Shown: in pieces, positions 20,976-30,067 of the stretch
Numbering within the stretch: position 1 is the stretch's first letter
Layout of the letters: every line of letters begins with the position of its first letter
Virus record (IMG/VR): IMGVR_UViG_3300032315_000747
Location: 1-64,000 of that record
Strand: one strand, 5' to 3'
From: a virus
Length of the DNA: 64,000 nt
The notes under the pieces: generated by a model
Databases searched by the model: none
What the model saw: the letters and a program-made list of their open reading frames with translations, nothing else
What the model was told of the DNA's origin: nothing
Translations under genes and position numbers: made by a program

Positions 20976-21057
20976 ATAATAATGTAGCACAAAGGCTACA
21001 AAGTGAGAGTGACCTCTCCGTTGGGTATTAACGTTAGATACTTTGAAAGGAAAACAT

Positions 21058-21738
21058 ATGTCTTTTAATAAAAATAAATGTGACCCCGAATTGGGTCGTC
21101 TCGTTCACGAACATCTTGTAAAGATGGGTGTTGAAACTCCCGCTATCGAAAACAATCTCAGCAGAACAGACAAAATTGAGATCATTGAACGCAAGTTTAA
21201 GGATATCATGGAAACCTTAGGGCTTGACCTAAGTGATGATAGTCTTATTGAAACTCCGAAGCGTGTTGCCAAAATGTATGTAGGTGAAATCTTTTGGGGC
21301 CTCGACTATGAAGCATTTCCCAAGTGTACTACAGTTGACAACAAGATGAAGTACAACGAGATGGTCGTTGAACGCAACGTGAATGTGCAATCTAACTGTG
21401 AGCATCATTTTATTGTAATCTCCGGTCTTGCTACTGTAGCATATGTACCAAACGAAAAGGTTCTTGGATTAAGCAAGATCAATAGGATAGTGGAATATTT
21501 CAGTAAGCGGCCTCAGATTCAAGAACGTCTTACTGAACAGGTATTTCACACTCTTTGCTACATTCTCGAAACCCAAGATGTTGCAGTCATGATTGATGCC
21601 CAGCACTATTGTGTCAAGTCACGCGGTGTAGAAGATACAGGGTCAAGCACGGTAACGTGTAAGCTGGGTGGTGGATTCAAGTCTGACCCTGCTGCTCGTG
21701 CAGAGTTTCTTAGTATCGCTCGCATGGGTAAGTGCTAA
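21058..21738 (+). CDS. folE: GTP cyclohydrolase I
   Basis: ETPKRVAKMY, SNCEHH, GLSKINR, RPQIQERLT, HYCVKSRG. Confidence 0.96.
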   Translation: MSFNKNKCDPELGRLVHEHLVKMGVETPAIENNLSRTDKIEIIERKFKDIMETLGLDLSDDSLIETPKRVAKMYVGEIFWGLDYEAFPKCTTVDNKMKYNEMVVERNVNVQSNCEHHFIVISGLATVAYVPNEKVLGLSKINRIVEYFSKRPQIQERLTEQVFHTLCYILETQDVAVMIDAQHYCVKSRGVEDTGSSTVTCKLGGGFKSDPAARAEFLSIARMGKC

Positions 21739-21968
21739 CGGAATTTATCATATCAATGGCCCAGCTAGACCTTCACAGCGTTAAGCACCAGGATGTTGAT
21801 CTGTTAGTGGAGAACTTCGTTCTAATGAACCAGAATGAGTTCCCACTAACTATCATCTGCGGTAACAGCATTAAAATGATTAAGCTGGTTGAGAATACGA
21901 TAAATAGGATTGGATGCGATGCAACTATGATCAGACATGGATTCATAGTTATTCAGCGTATCAAATAA
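21732..21968 (+). CDS. Small Smr-like protein
   Basis: LDLH...IICGNS pattern. Confidence 0.55.
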   Translation: MLTEFIISMAQLDLHSVKHQDVDLLVENFVLMNQNEFPLTIICGNSIKMIKLVENTINRIGCDATMIRHGFIVIQRIK

Positions 21969-22040
21969 ACAGCGGTCTTGGCGTCATTCCCGCTTGACAA
22001 ACTCTGCCGCCTATGTTATGCTAATATAGGAGATTAAAAT

Positions 22041-22544
22041 ATGGCAAATCAACCAGTAAGTTACAAGTACACGAGTACTAAAGAATATCATGATTCGTTT
22101 CCGTGCGCCTATCGTCAGTGGCGTGCTGATAGTCATTGTAATAACATTCATGGCTACAGTTTTTCCATGAAGTTCTACTTTGGAACCAACGACCTCGATG
22201 TCCGCAACTGGTGTGCAGACTACGGTGGTATGAAGGAACTCAAGAAGATTCTAGAAGATCAGTTTGATCATACCTTGCTTGTCGCAGAAGATGATCCTGA
22301 ACTTGAGATGTTCAAGTTGCTACAAGAAAAGAAGATGGCTAAGTTGACGATCCTTCCCAAGTTGGGTTGCGAGAGTCTTGCTGATATGCTATACAAGTAT
22401 ATCAATGGTGTCTACATTCCTGAAATGTGGGGACAAGGTGAAGCCGATCGTCTTTGGTGTTACAGGGTTGAGGTAAGAGAAACGCAAAGTAATATGGCCT
22501 TTCGTGAAGGCCACAGATGTTGGAATGAGGATCTGTTAGGGTAA
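22041..22544 (+). CDS. queD: 6-carboxy-5,6,7,8-tetrahydropterin synthase
   Basis: HCNNIHGY, DYG..K, FDH, CE, VRET; AGGAG RBS. Confidence 0.9.
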   Translation: MANQPVSYKYTSTKEYHDSFPCAYRQWRADSHCNNIHGYSFSMKFYFGTNDLDVRNWCADYGGMKELKKILEDQFDHTLLVAEDDPELEMFKLLQEKKMAKLTILPKLGCESLADMLYKYINGVYIPEMWGQGEADRLWCYRVEVRETQSNMAFREGHRCWNEDLLG

Positions 22545-22550
22545 GACGTA

Positions 22551-23099
22551 ATGGGCAAAGAGATACATTTCAACAACGTCAATGAACTTGTTCATAACAT
22601 CATAAGACAGATTACGGTAGACCAGTTTCGACCTGATTATGTTGTAGGCATTACCAGAGGAGGATTAGTTCCTGCTCTAATGATTAGCCATTATTTGAAT
22701 ATTCCAATGCATACACTAAAAGTAAGTTTGCGTAGCGATCCCCCTGATACCGAACAAAATGCCTGGATGTCCGAAGATGCATTTGGGTATGTTTCGTCGG
22801 ATGATCGCCCTATCATAAAGAGTCGTTGGGATACAAAAAAGCGTAAAAATATCCTGATCGTGGATGACATCAACGATAGCGGCGCGACCTTTGATTGGGT
22901 TAAACAAGATTGGATTAATAGCTGCTTCCCGGATCAAAAAGAAGCTTGGGATTCAGTCTGGAATCATAATGTGAAGTTTGCTGTTTTGGTAGATAACGAA
23001 GCAAGTGACTTTGGAGGTATCGACTACTTCGGGGAATCTATAAACAAGATTGAAGATCCGGTCTCTATTCGATTTCCTTGGGAGCGGTGGTGGAAGTAA
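22551..23099 (+). CDS. Purine phosphoribosyltransferase (Gpt-like)
   Basis: VVGITRGGLVP, PRPP loop ILIVDDINDSGAT, C-terminal FPWE. Confidence 0.88.
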   Translation: MGKEIHFNNVNELVHNIIRQITVDQFRPDYVVGITRGGLVPALMISHYLNIPMHTLKVSLRSDPPDTEQNAWMSEDAFGYVSSDDRPIIKSRWDTKKRKNILIVDDINDSGATFDWVKQDWINSCFPDQKEAWDSVWNHNVKFAVLVDNEASDFGGIDYFGESINKIEDPVSIRFPWERWWK

Positions 23100-23509
23100 T
23101 GAATGTCGTTCCATTGCGAGACGATCTAATGGTTCAGCAACAGATCACATCTGAGTGGCAACATATGGTAGGGGTGATCATGTTGAACCAGACTCATAGA
23201 TTGTTGGTAAAAAGGGTCCTTCCTGAATTCTTATCTAGATGGGACACATGTGAGAAGTTCTTGGCAAGTACGAGCGAAGAAGTATACGAAGTTATACGTC
23301 CACTTGGACTAGTCGCCGTTCGGGAAAACCGAATTAGAAGGATGTCCAATCAATACTTGACATGGGACAAGAGTGATGCTACAGTTCTTTATGGTATAGG
23401 AAAGTATGGCAGTGATAGTTATGAGATTTTCTTTAAGAACAACTATGCTGTACAACCTACTGATAAAGAATTAGTGCGATACTTAAGAGAAGAATGCATA
23501 GATGCATAA
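23099..23509 (+). CDS. MBD4-like HhH-GPD DNA glycosylase domain
   Basis: W..MV..IMLNQT, IRPLGL...R, LYGIGKYGSDSYEIF, D.EL..Y. Confidence 0.82.
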   Translation: MNVVPLRDDLMVQQQITSEWQHMVGVIMLNQTHRLLVKRVLPEFLSRWDTCEKFLASTSEEVYEVIRPLGLVAVRENRIRRMSNQYLTWDKSDATVLYGIGKYGSDSYEIFFKNNYAVQPTDKELVRYLREECIDA

Positions 23510-23675
23510 TAAAATTGTGAATTATATAGATGCTAAGAATGGTAGGCATTTGTATTCTATTCCTTTCTACGATCCAGATAACTTATATGAAGGTTGGTTT
23601 TACAAATCGGGCGACAAATATAAGACATATGAAGAATATCTAAAAGAACGAGACAATGACGCAAATCAAGGTTAG
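23502..23675 (+). CDS. Small hypothetical protein (57 aa)
   Basis: Manual translation MHNKIVNYIDAKNG...; fills the gap between the glycosylase and queE. Confidence 0.4.
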   Translation: MHNKIVNYIDAKNGRHLYSIPFYDPDNLYEGWFYKSGDKYKTYEEYLKERDNDANQG

Positions 23676-24510
23676 TGAACTATTTTATTCTATTCAGGGT
23701 GAAGGCAGGTATCAAGGCGTACCTAGCATTTTCCTAAGAACGTTTGGCTGCAACTTCACGTGTGGAGGATTTGGCATGCCTAAGGGAGAAACATCTGTTG
23801 AACGGAAAAAGGTCGACCCGAAAGTTTACAAAGATTACGATTCTCTCCCGCTCGTCACCACTGGTTGCGATTCTTACGCCTCATGGGACCCTCGCTTCAA
23901 GCATCTCTCTCCTAGCAAGGACATTGATACCATTGTTGATGACATCATAGAATTACTACCGTTTAAAGAATGGCGAGAAGAACATCTTGTCATCACCGGA
24001 GGAGAACCACTACTTGGATGGCAGCGAGCTTTCCCAAAACTCTTGAGTCATCCTAAGATGAAGGGTCTCAAAGAGATTACTTTTGAGACTAATGGTACAC
24101 AGGAACTTTCACCTGAGTTCGCACACTATCTTGAAGACTGGAGCTGGCCAGAAGTATATCCGGGATTTGAACGAGAAATTACTTTTAGCGTCAGTCCTAA
24201 GTTAAGTTGTTCCGGTGAGTCTCATAAAAGTGCGATCAAACCTAAGGTTGTGCGTGAATATGAGGAATTTGGCTATGCATACCTCAAGTTTGTGATTGCT
24301 ACAGAAGAAGATGCGCAGGAAGCTCTTGAAGTAACTAAGCTCTATCGTGATGAAGGTTTTGAAGGGCCTGTATATTTCATGCCCGTCGGTGGAGTAGAGA
24401 GTGTATATCAATTGAACAACCGTACAGTTGCCGAGTTAGCGATGAAGTATGGGATCAGATATAGTGACAGGCTTCACATTCCTCTTTGGGGTAATCGATG
24501 GGGAACGTAA
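23656..24510 (+). CDS. queE: 7-carboxy-7-deazaguanine synthase (radical SAM)
   Basis: ELFYSIQGEG, FLRTFGCNFTC...CDS, ITGGEP, ETNGT, SVSPK, RLH. Confidence 0.93.
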   Translation: MTQIKVSELFYSIQGEGRYQGVPSIFLRTFGCNFTCGGFGMPKGETSVERKKVDPKVYKDYDSLPLVTTGCDSYASWDPRFKHLSPSKDIDTIVDDIIELLPFKEWREEHLVITGGEPLLGWQRAFPKLLSHPKMKGLKEITFETNGTQELSPEFAHYLEDWSWPEVYPGFEREITFSVSPKLSCSGESHKSAIKPKVVREYEEFGYAYLKFVIATEEDAQEALEVTKLYRDEGFEGPVYFMPVGGVESVYQLNNRTVAELAMKYGIRYSDRLHIPLWGNRWGT

Positions 24511-24519
24511 AGGTAAAAT

Positions 24520-25863
24520 ATGAATACCTATAACAAACGTATTGGATTTCTAGTCAGTTCTCAGACCTTGATTCCGCACGGTGGAATAGGACAGTTCGCT
24601 AAGAGTTTCTGCGAATTGATGGATAGTCATGGAATTAAAGTAGATATCATCACCGACAAAGCTCCGCAAGGACTCAGTACCGAGTTCTTAGAATCATTCG
24701 ATGCTACCGTTATTTATCCAGACATCCCACTCAAGTATACTGATCATAGTGCTATCTTTATGTATGAAGATAGTTTCTGCTATGAAAGAATGGCTAACTT
24801 CCGTAATGCTATCGTTAAAGCATTCACTACCAACATCTATGACGTACTAGTATGTAATACCTATGAAGCGATTCAAGTCGCAAGTACTATGGGACTTGAC
24901 GAATGTGTACAGGTCATCGCATATACTCATCTTGAGAGTCAAATTTTCAAAGATACAAAGAATCCATTCTTTCATAGCACTAATGAGATGATGCGATTAC
25001 AGTTGCAGATGAATAATATCACTATCGGTACGCAAAGCAAGTTCAATGAACTTCAGTTCGATGGTATGGCTACGCATCTTCCTATTCCAGTGACTGAGAA
25101 AGAATTACTAAATCAGTACGTCAACCCCAGGGAAGGTGTGTTGTTCATCGGACGTTGGGAAGAGGGAAAGAATCCTGAGTTGTTTATCGATCTGATCGAG
25201 CAGACTAAATTGCCAGCTAAGGTAATGACAAGTGCAACTGGTGCTAAGAAGTTCGAAGAACGATTGAAAAAGATCAATGCTACTTATGAGATCAAGGTGG
25301 GCATCATCGGCAAAGAGAAGGTAGACTTCATCACCGGTGCAAGAGTAGCATTTAATCCTAGCACAGTTGAAAGCTATGGCATGGCGTTCTATGAGCAAAC
25401 TATGCAATTGCCTACTTTCTGTTTGGAGAATCAACGCTGGACCCGAAACTTTTCTTCTCAGTTTTTCTTCGAAACCGACAAGAAAAACATGGCAGATGAT
25501 GTACAGCAGACATATGAGATGTTCGATACCGCCGAATCATGGTACGGTAAGGGAGCATTGGTAAATGCGAATCAGATCGAAAGCCAAGTGTTTCACAAGT
25601 GGAATCAGTGTTTCAATTCATTCAAACCAAAAACGTCTAATAGCAATACAGCTAAGATTTGTAAAGAAACTTCTATTAAGTATGCAGATTTTATCGATGG
25701 GTTGAATCGCGGTCTTCTGTGCATCGATGATATCAAGTCGGTGTTGATGAACAAGAATAAGTTTAGAGTGATTTATACAGATACTAATACATATCTGACT
25801 AAGGAACCTAACTTTGAACCATCTGAAGAAATGGTTGGATTAGGATTATTCGAGGGACTATGA
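24520..25863 (+). CDS. GT4-like glycosyltransferase
   Basis: PHGGIGQF, LFIGRWEEGKNP, PSTVESYGMAFYE. Confidence 0.82.
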   Translation: MNTYNKRIGFLVSSQTLIPHGGIGQFAKSFCELMDSHGIKVDIITDKAPQGLSTEFLESFDATVIYPDIPLKYTDHSAIFMYEDSFCYERMANFRNAIVKAFTTNIYDVLVCNTYEAIQVASTMGLDECVQVIAYTHLESQIFKDTKNPFFHSTNEMMRLQLQMNNITIGTQSKFNELQFDGMATHLPIPVTEKELLNQYVNPREGVLFIGRWEEGKNPELFIDLIEQTKLPAKVMTSATGAKKFEERLKKINATYEIKVGIIGKEKVDFITGARVAFNPSTVESYGMAFYEQTMQLPTFCLENQRWTRNFSSQFFFETDKKNMADDVQQTYEMFDTAESWYGKGALVNANQIESQVFHKWNQCFNSFKPKTSNSNTAKICKETSIKYADFIDGLNRGLLCIDDIKSVLMNKNKFRVIYTDTNTYLTKEPNFEPSEEMVGLGLFEGL

Positions 25864-26711
25864 AAAAGATATTAGTAACAGGATGTTCCGGCTATATTGG
25901 ATCACATCTTTGTAAATTGCTTGAGAAAGAGTACGAAGTATATGGACTTGATATCAGGCAGCCATTGCATCCAGTCAAGGAATTCTTTCAGCTTGACATT
26001 AATCGTCCGTTCAACATTGAACAAGAATTCGATTCAGTAGTGCATCTTGCAGCACTTGTAAATGTAGGCGAGAGCGAAAGTATGCCTATTCAGTATTATA
26101 TTACTAATCTGAATGGGACGATGAATGTAATCAATAAAGTGAAGACACGGAACTTTATTTTTGCGTCGACCGGTGCAGCAGATCATTGCGAGAGTGCATA
26201 TGGAATCTCGAAACGAGCAGCAGAAGATGTAGTTCGGGAATATTGTACCCAGCATAAGACTATGCCATATACAATTTTTAGATTCTATAATGTGATCGGT
26301 TCATCAGGTTATCCTCCTACTAACCCAGACGGATTGATGTACAATCTGATGAAGGCTGCTGACACCAAAGAGTTTACTGTTTTCGGTGATGATTATGATA
26401 CCCCAGACGGTACCTGCATTCGAGATTATGTTCACGTAGATGAAGTATGTGAAGCAATCAAGATGGCTATCGAGCAACCTGCCAATAAAGTAGAATGTTT
26501 AGGGCATGGTGTAGGATATTCGGTACTGGAAATCTTTGAGAAATTTGAAATGGTAAACGCAGAAACCATTTATTCTGATGATGACGAAGAAGGCATCAAG
26601 ATAAAGATTGGACCCCGCAGAAAAGGGGACATCTCTTGTAGCGTACTAGAAGAAGTGTCCCCTTATATGAAAAATTTGTATTCGTTTACCGAGTTGTTGA
26701 AACTTTACTAA
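25860..26711 (+). CDS. NAD-dependent epimerase (GalE-like)
   Basis: TGCSGYIG, HLAA, YGISK, FRFYNV, DGTCIRDYVHV, RRKGD. Confidence 0.9.
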   Translation: MKKILVTGCSGYIGSHLCKLLEKEYEVYGLDIRQPLHPVKEFFQLDINRPFNIEQEFDSVVHLAALVNVGESESMPIQYYITNLNGTMNVINKVKTRNFIFASTGAADHCESAYGISKRAAEDVVREYCTQHKTMPYTIFRFYNVIGSSGYPPTNPDGLMYNLMKAADTKEFTVFGDDYDTPDGTCIRDYVHVDEVCEAIKMAIEQPANKVECLGHGVGYSVLEIFEKFEMVNAETIYSDDDEEGIKIKIGPRRKGDISCSVLEEVSPYMKNLYSFTELLKLY

Positions 26712-27940
26712 TGCATCAATAGAAACGTATTAAGAACGTCATTACGGTTAGCAGAGTCATCTCCGTCTCCCGGTTTAACAATGACATTATACTTACCCTT
26801 TTCATTACTGACTGGTCTCTTCATCATCTCGTCATATGTCAATATCGAATCGGGCTTTACGCTATATTTAGCAGCTAGTCGAGCCTTCAGAGCATTGATC
26901 GAAGATTGATCTTTATATACGAGCTTACCTTCCACCCGATCAAGAACGTCCTTGAATAATACTTCAGGAACAACTCGGCTATTCTTAGTTGTTGCGAAAT
27001 CGATCTGTTGTTCTTCTTTGGGCTTCGCGCCCATCGAGTAATTCATCTTGAAATTGTTGGGTGCTTTACCTTGAGCGACATTTGCTAATTTAGTATACGC
27101 ATAGAAAGATACGTCAGGATACTTTTTAGCTAAGTCATACGCATACTTAAGATATTCAGGAGAGAAGAAATCACCAGCATCATGCCAACGAATGATGAGT
27201 TTAGTTTTTGTGCCTTTTTTGTTATCGATCTTTGTTAACTTTTTACTTTGTGCTTCGATCTCGTTTCCTAGCATATCCATGAATCCTTGGGGATCGTTAT
27301 ACAAGAAGTTCAGTAGCTTAGATTGTTCGAGTGATGGGCTAGTCCACATGATATAACCACCCTTCATCGCATAGCAATATGTCTGACATGCACCGGCGCC
27401 CGGACAAGTATCAATGATTACGAACTCGCCGGTATCTTCATCGACTGCCAGTCCTTTCAGAGCAGGAAGACCAATATTGTAGAACGCGCTGGCGGTACCA
27501 TCACTGTGTTGCATCTTTTCGTTCTGCTTGAGAACCTTCGCCGGACGCTTGGTGATCATAGCTCTTAGCTTTTCTAGATCATATTCTTTGTTTTCTTCAT
27601 CGACGATAGGAACATTCTTATTATGAATGTATGGCATCGTGAACTTATCTTGCTTAGTCTTTTCACTCTTGCGAATCTTACCGCCTGCTTTATTGACTTT
27701 GCCTGTATCGGTACCTAAGGTTCTACTTAAATATTTAGTTAGTTCATCTTTTGGAAAAGGTCTTGCTGGCGCAGCTAATTTCGCTTCATCCACTTCTACT
27801 TCTTGTGGTTCGACCCCTGCACCGAGAAGGAAATTCTCAAGAGACATCGCCGGCAACCCAAACCCACCCGAAACAGGTGTTTTTTGCTTGACGGGCCGAG
27901 AATTTTCACTTATGATATCTAAGATGTTACGAATATCCAT
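26708..27940 (-). CDS. Gene product 88-like (radical-SAM-like Cys motif) protein with leader
   Basis: TCPGAGACQTYCYA, IRWHDAGDF, FYAYTK; MDIRNILDIISE start; TATTTAT late motif at 27964. Confidence 0.75.
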   Translation of the reverse strand: MDIRNILDIISENSRPVKQKTPVSGGFGLPAMSLENFLLGAGVEPQEVEVDEAKLAAPARPFPKDELTKYLSRTLGTDTGKVNKAGGKIRKSEKTKQDKFTMPYIHNKNVPIVDEENKEYDLEKLRAMITKRPAKVLKQNEKMQHSDGTASAFYNIGLPALKGLAVDEDTGEFVIIDTCPGAGACQTYCYAMKGGYIMWTSPSLEQSKLLNFLYNDPQGFMDMLGNEIEAQSKKLTKIDNKKGTKTKLIIRWHDAGDFFSPEYLKYAYDLAKKYPDVSFYAYTKLANVAQGKAPNNFKMNYSMGAKPKEEQQIDFATTKNSRVVPEVLFKDVLDRVEGKLVYKDQSSINALKARLAAKYSVKPDSILTYDEMMKRPVSNEKGKYNVIVKPGDGDDSANRNDVLNTFLLMH

Positions 27941-27972
27941 TAGTTTTCCTTTTATTATGAGAGTATTTATCT

Positions 27973-28998
27973 ATGAATGATGGCATCAAACGAATTGGTT
28001 TCGCATGTAAGTTTGTAGAAATCAACACTAAGGGTGAGATCGTTAGTGTCGACGGATTCAACACAGGCGGCACTACACTCGCCTGGGCAAAACGTCAGAA
28101 CAACTCACATGCTGTCGAAGAAAAGATCATGGATGTCGCAAAGCGCAACATCCTAAACACTCACGCACTCGTCAAAAAAATTGCGACTCTTCCTATCGAA
28201 CTACGCATGTTGCGCATCACCAGCGATATGTTGAGTTTCTACACACATCCCGATTATCATTATTTCTGGTCGCGACAAGATGTGCAAGACAGTCTAGCAC
28301 GTTGGATGGCTCCGATCGGTGAGACTGCTCGTAAGCACAATGTTCGTCTCTCATTTCACCCTGATCAATTTGTAGTCCTTGCTAGTGATCGTGAAGAAGT
28401 GGTAGAAAACAGTATCAGAGAATTCGAATATCACGCTGACATGGCACGTTGGATGGGCTATGGTAAAACCTTTCAGGATATGAAGATCAATGTTCATATC
28501 AGTGGTCGTCAAGGGCCCGACGGTATCAAGAAGGTAATGTCTCGACTAAGCCCCGAGGCTCGTAATTGCATCACTATCGAGAATGACGAGATGACTTGGG
28601 GTATCGATAGCAGTCTAGAACTTGCTGATACCTGCGCTCTCGTACTGGATATCCATCATCATTGGATCCGGACCGGTGAATATATCGAAGCCACTGATGA
28701 TCGTATCAATCGTATCATTGACAGTTGGCGAGGTGTACGTCCTGTCATTCATTACAGTGTAAGTCGTGAAGATGTACTTCCCGGACATTGTAAGATGACT
28801 TGTCCCGAATTAACTACACTACTAGAGCAAGGTCATAAGAAGCAAAAGCTACGTGCCCATAGCGAGTACTATTGGAACAAGGCTGTCAATGATTGGGCTA
28901 TGACTCACAACGAATGGTCCGACATCATGTGCGAGAGTAAAGCGAAAAACCTAGCTAGTTTCAAATTATATGATACATATATTAAGAAAGGTAATTAA
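27973..28998 (+). CDS. uvsE: UV damage endonuclease
   Basis: IGFAC, RITS, RLSFHPDQF, INVH, IENDE, LDIHHH, HYS, AHS, CESKAK. Confidence 0.9.
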   Translation: MNDGIKRIGFACKFVEINTKGEIVSVDGFNTGGTTLAWAKRQNNSHAVEEKIMDVAKRNILNTHALVKKIATLPIELRMLRITSDMLSFYTHPDYHYFWSRQDVQDSLARWMAPIGETARKHNVRLSFHPDQFVVLASDREEVVENSIREFEYHADMARWMGYGKTFQDMKINVHISGRQGPDGIKKVMSRLSPEARNCITIENDEMTWGIDSSLELADTCALVLDIHHHWIRTGEYIEATDDRINRIIDSWRGVRPVIHYSVSREDVLPGHCKMTCPELTTLLEQGHKKQKLRAHSEYYWNKAVNDWAMTHNEWSDIMCESKAKNLASFKLYDTYIKKGN

Positions 28999-29420
28999 TG
29001 TTTAAAGCAATCAAAGACTGGATCAGTCCTCCTCCCCCACCTATCCCGGTTCCTGAACCCGAAGTAAAGAAAGAGCCCAAGGCTAAGAAGCCTGAATTAA
29101 CTCCTAAGGAAAAGGCAACACTTGCAGGTGAACCCTATATCTCTATTTTGAGTGTGGAGCTCGATCCTAACGATATCAACAATGGATCATTCGACTTAGA
29201 TTGGAATGATAAGTTCGTGCTTAACCTAGTCAAGCAGGGATATAAGTTCTCACCTAAGGATACTGATTCAATGATCGTTGATCGCTGGTTCCAGACTGTA
29301 TGCAGGAATATCGCTTTAGAAGTGTATGAGCAAGAGATTGCTGATCCCGAGAAGCGAGAATCTGAAGTGCGAGTCATTCAACAGCGTGATATTGGTGGCG
29401 GATTTACTGAGGTAAGTTAA
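28998..29420 (+). CDS. Hypothetical phage protein
   Basis: Coupled start; GEPYI...LDWNDKFV...IVDRWF. Confidence 0.75.
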   Translation: MFKAIKDWISPPPPPIPVPEPEVKKEPKAKKPELTPKEKATLAGEPYISILSVELDPNDINNGSFDLDWNDKFVLNLVKQGYKFSPKDTDSMIVDRWFQTVCRNIALEVYEQEIADPEKRESEVRVIQQRDIGGGFTEVS

Positions 29421-29998
29421 TGAAAAAAATGTTTGACCGACCAATTGAACTTGATGCTCCGGACTTCATAATTCCATTACGAAATATTCAAAGTCCCACG
29501 GACATATATAATTTTTGCAGAACCAACAATATTTCTCATTATGGATATGGGTTTAGGTTTGCTCGTAACAGTTATTTAACGAAACAGCTTAAATTTGGAT
29601 TTAGTGCCCCAGAACCAAATGCAAAGGCTATTCAAAAAGGTGAACGGTTGGTTCGGCAAATTGCTTGGCTTCCAGGCTGGAATATTAATGTGTCAAGTTC
29701 TCATGGATTTGAATTTTGGCACGGTTGCACCTCTTTGATTAATCAAGAAATTCTCCCCAAAGATACAAATTATACTGATATTGAAATTGCAATTTGGTCG
29801 GTTGACAAACGTACTAACATCTCGGGGTACCCTTTAACTAGAAAAGAACTTGCAGCATATACTGAAAGCGAGTTGTGTGAACAGTACGTCGAACATCACG
29901 GCTGTCTCCCGCATTTAAACATTGTAGATCCTACCCTAAATAAAACATATCGGGGATTGAGAAAAAGCACCTTTTTAGACTTGTTTGAAATCGGATAA
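29420..29998 (+). CDS. Hypothetical protein (possible divergent GIY-YIG-like fold)
   Basis: YGYGF...LKFG.S...R and E..L...Y....G.LP.LN patterns. Confidence 0.5.
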   Translation: MKKMFDRPIELDAPDFIIPLRNIQSPTDIYNFCRTNNISHYGYGFRFARNSYLTKQLKFGFSAPEPNAKAIQKGERLVRQIAWLPGWNINVSSSHGFEFWHGCTSLINQEILPKDTNYTDIEIAIWSVDKRTNISGYPLTRKELAAYTESELCEQYVEHHGCLPHLNIVDPTLNKTYRGLRKSTFLDLFEIG

Positions 29999-30067
29999 AA
30001 AGACTTGACATCTATCTATTAAGTGCGTGTATTAAAAATTGAACACAGAAATGAAAGTTTAATTGAT

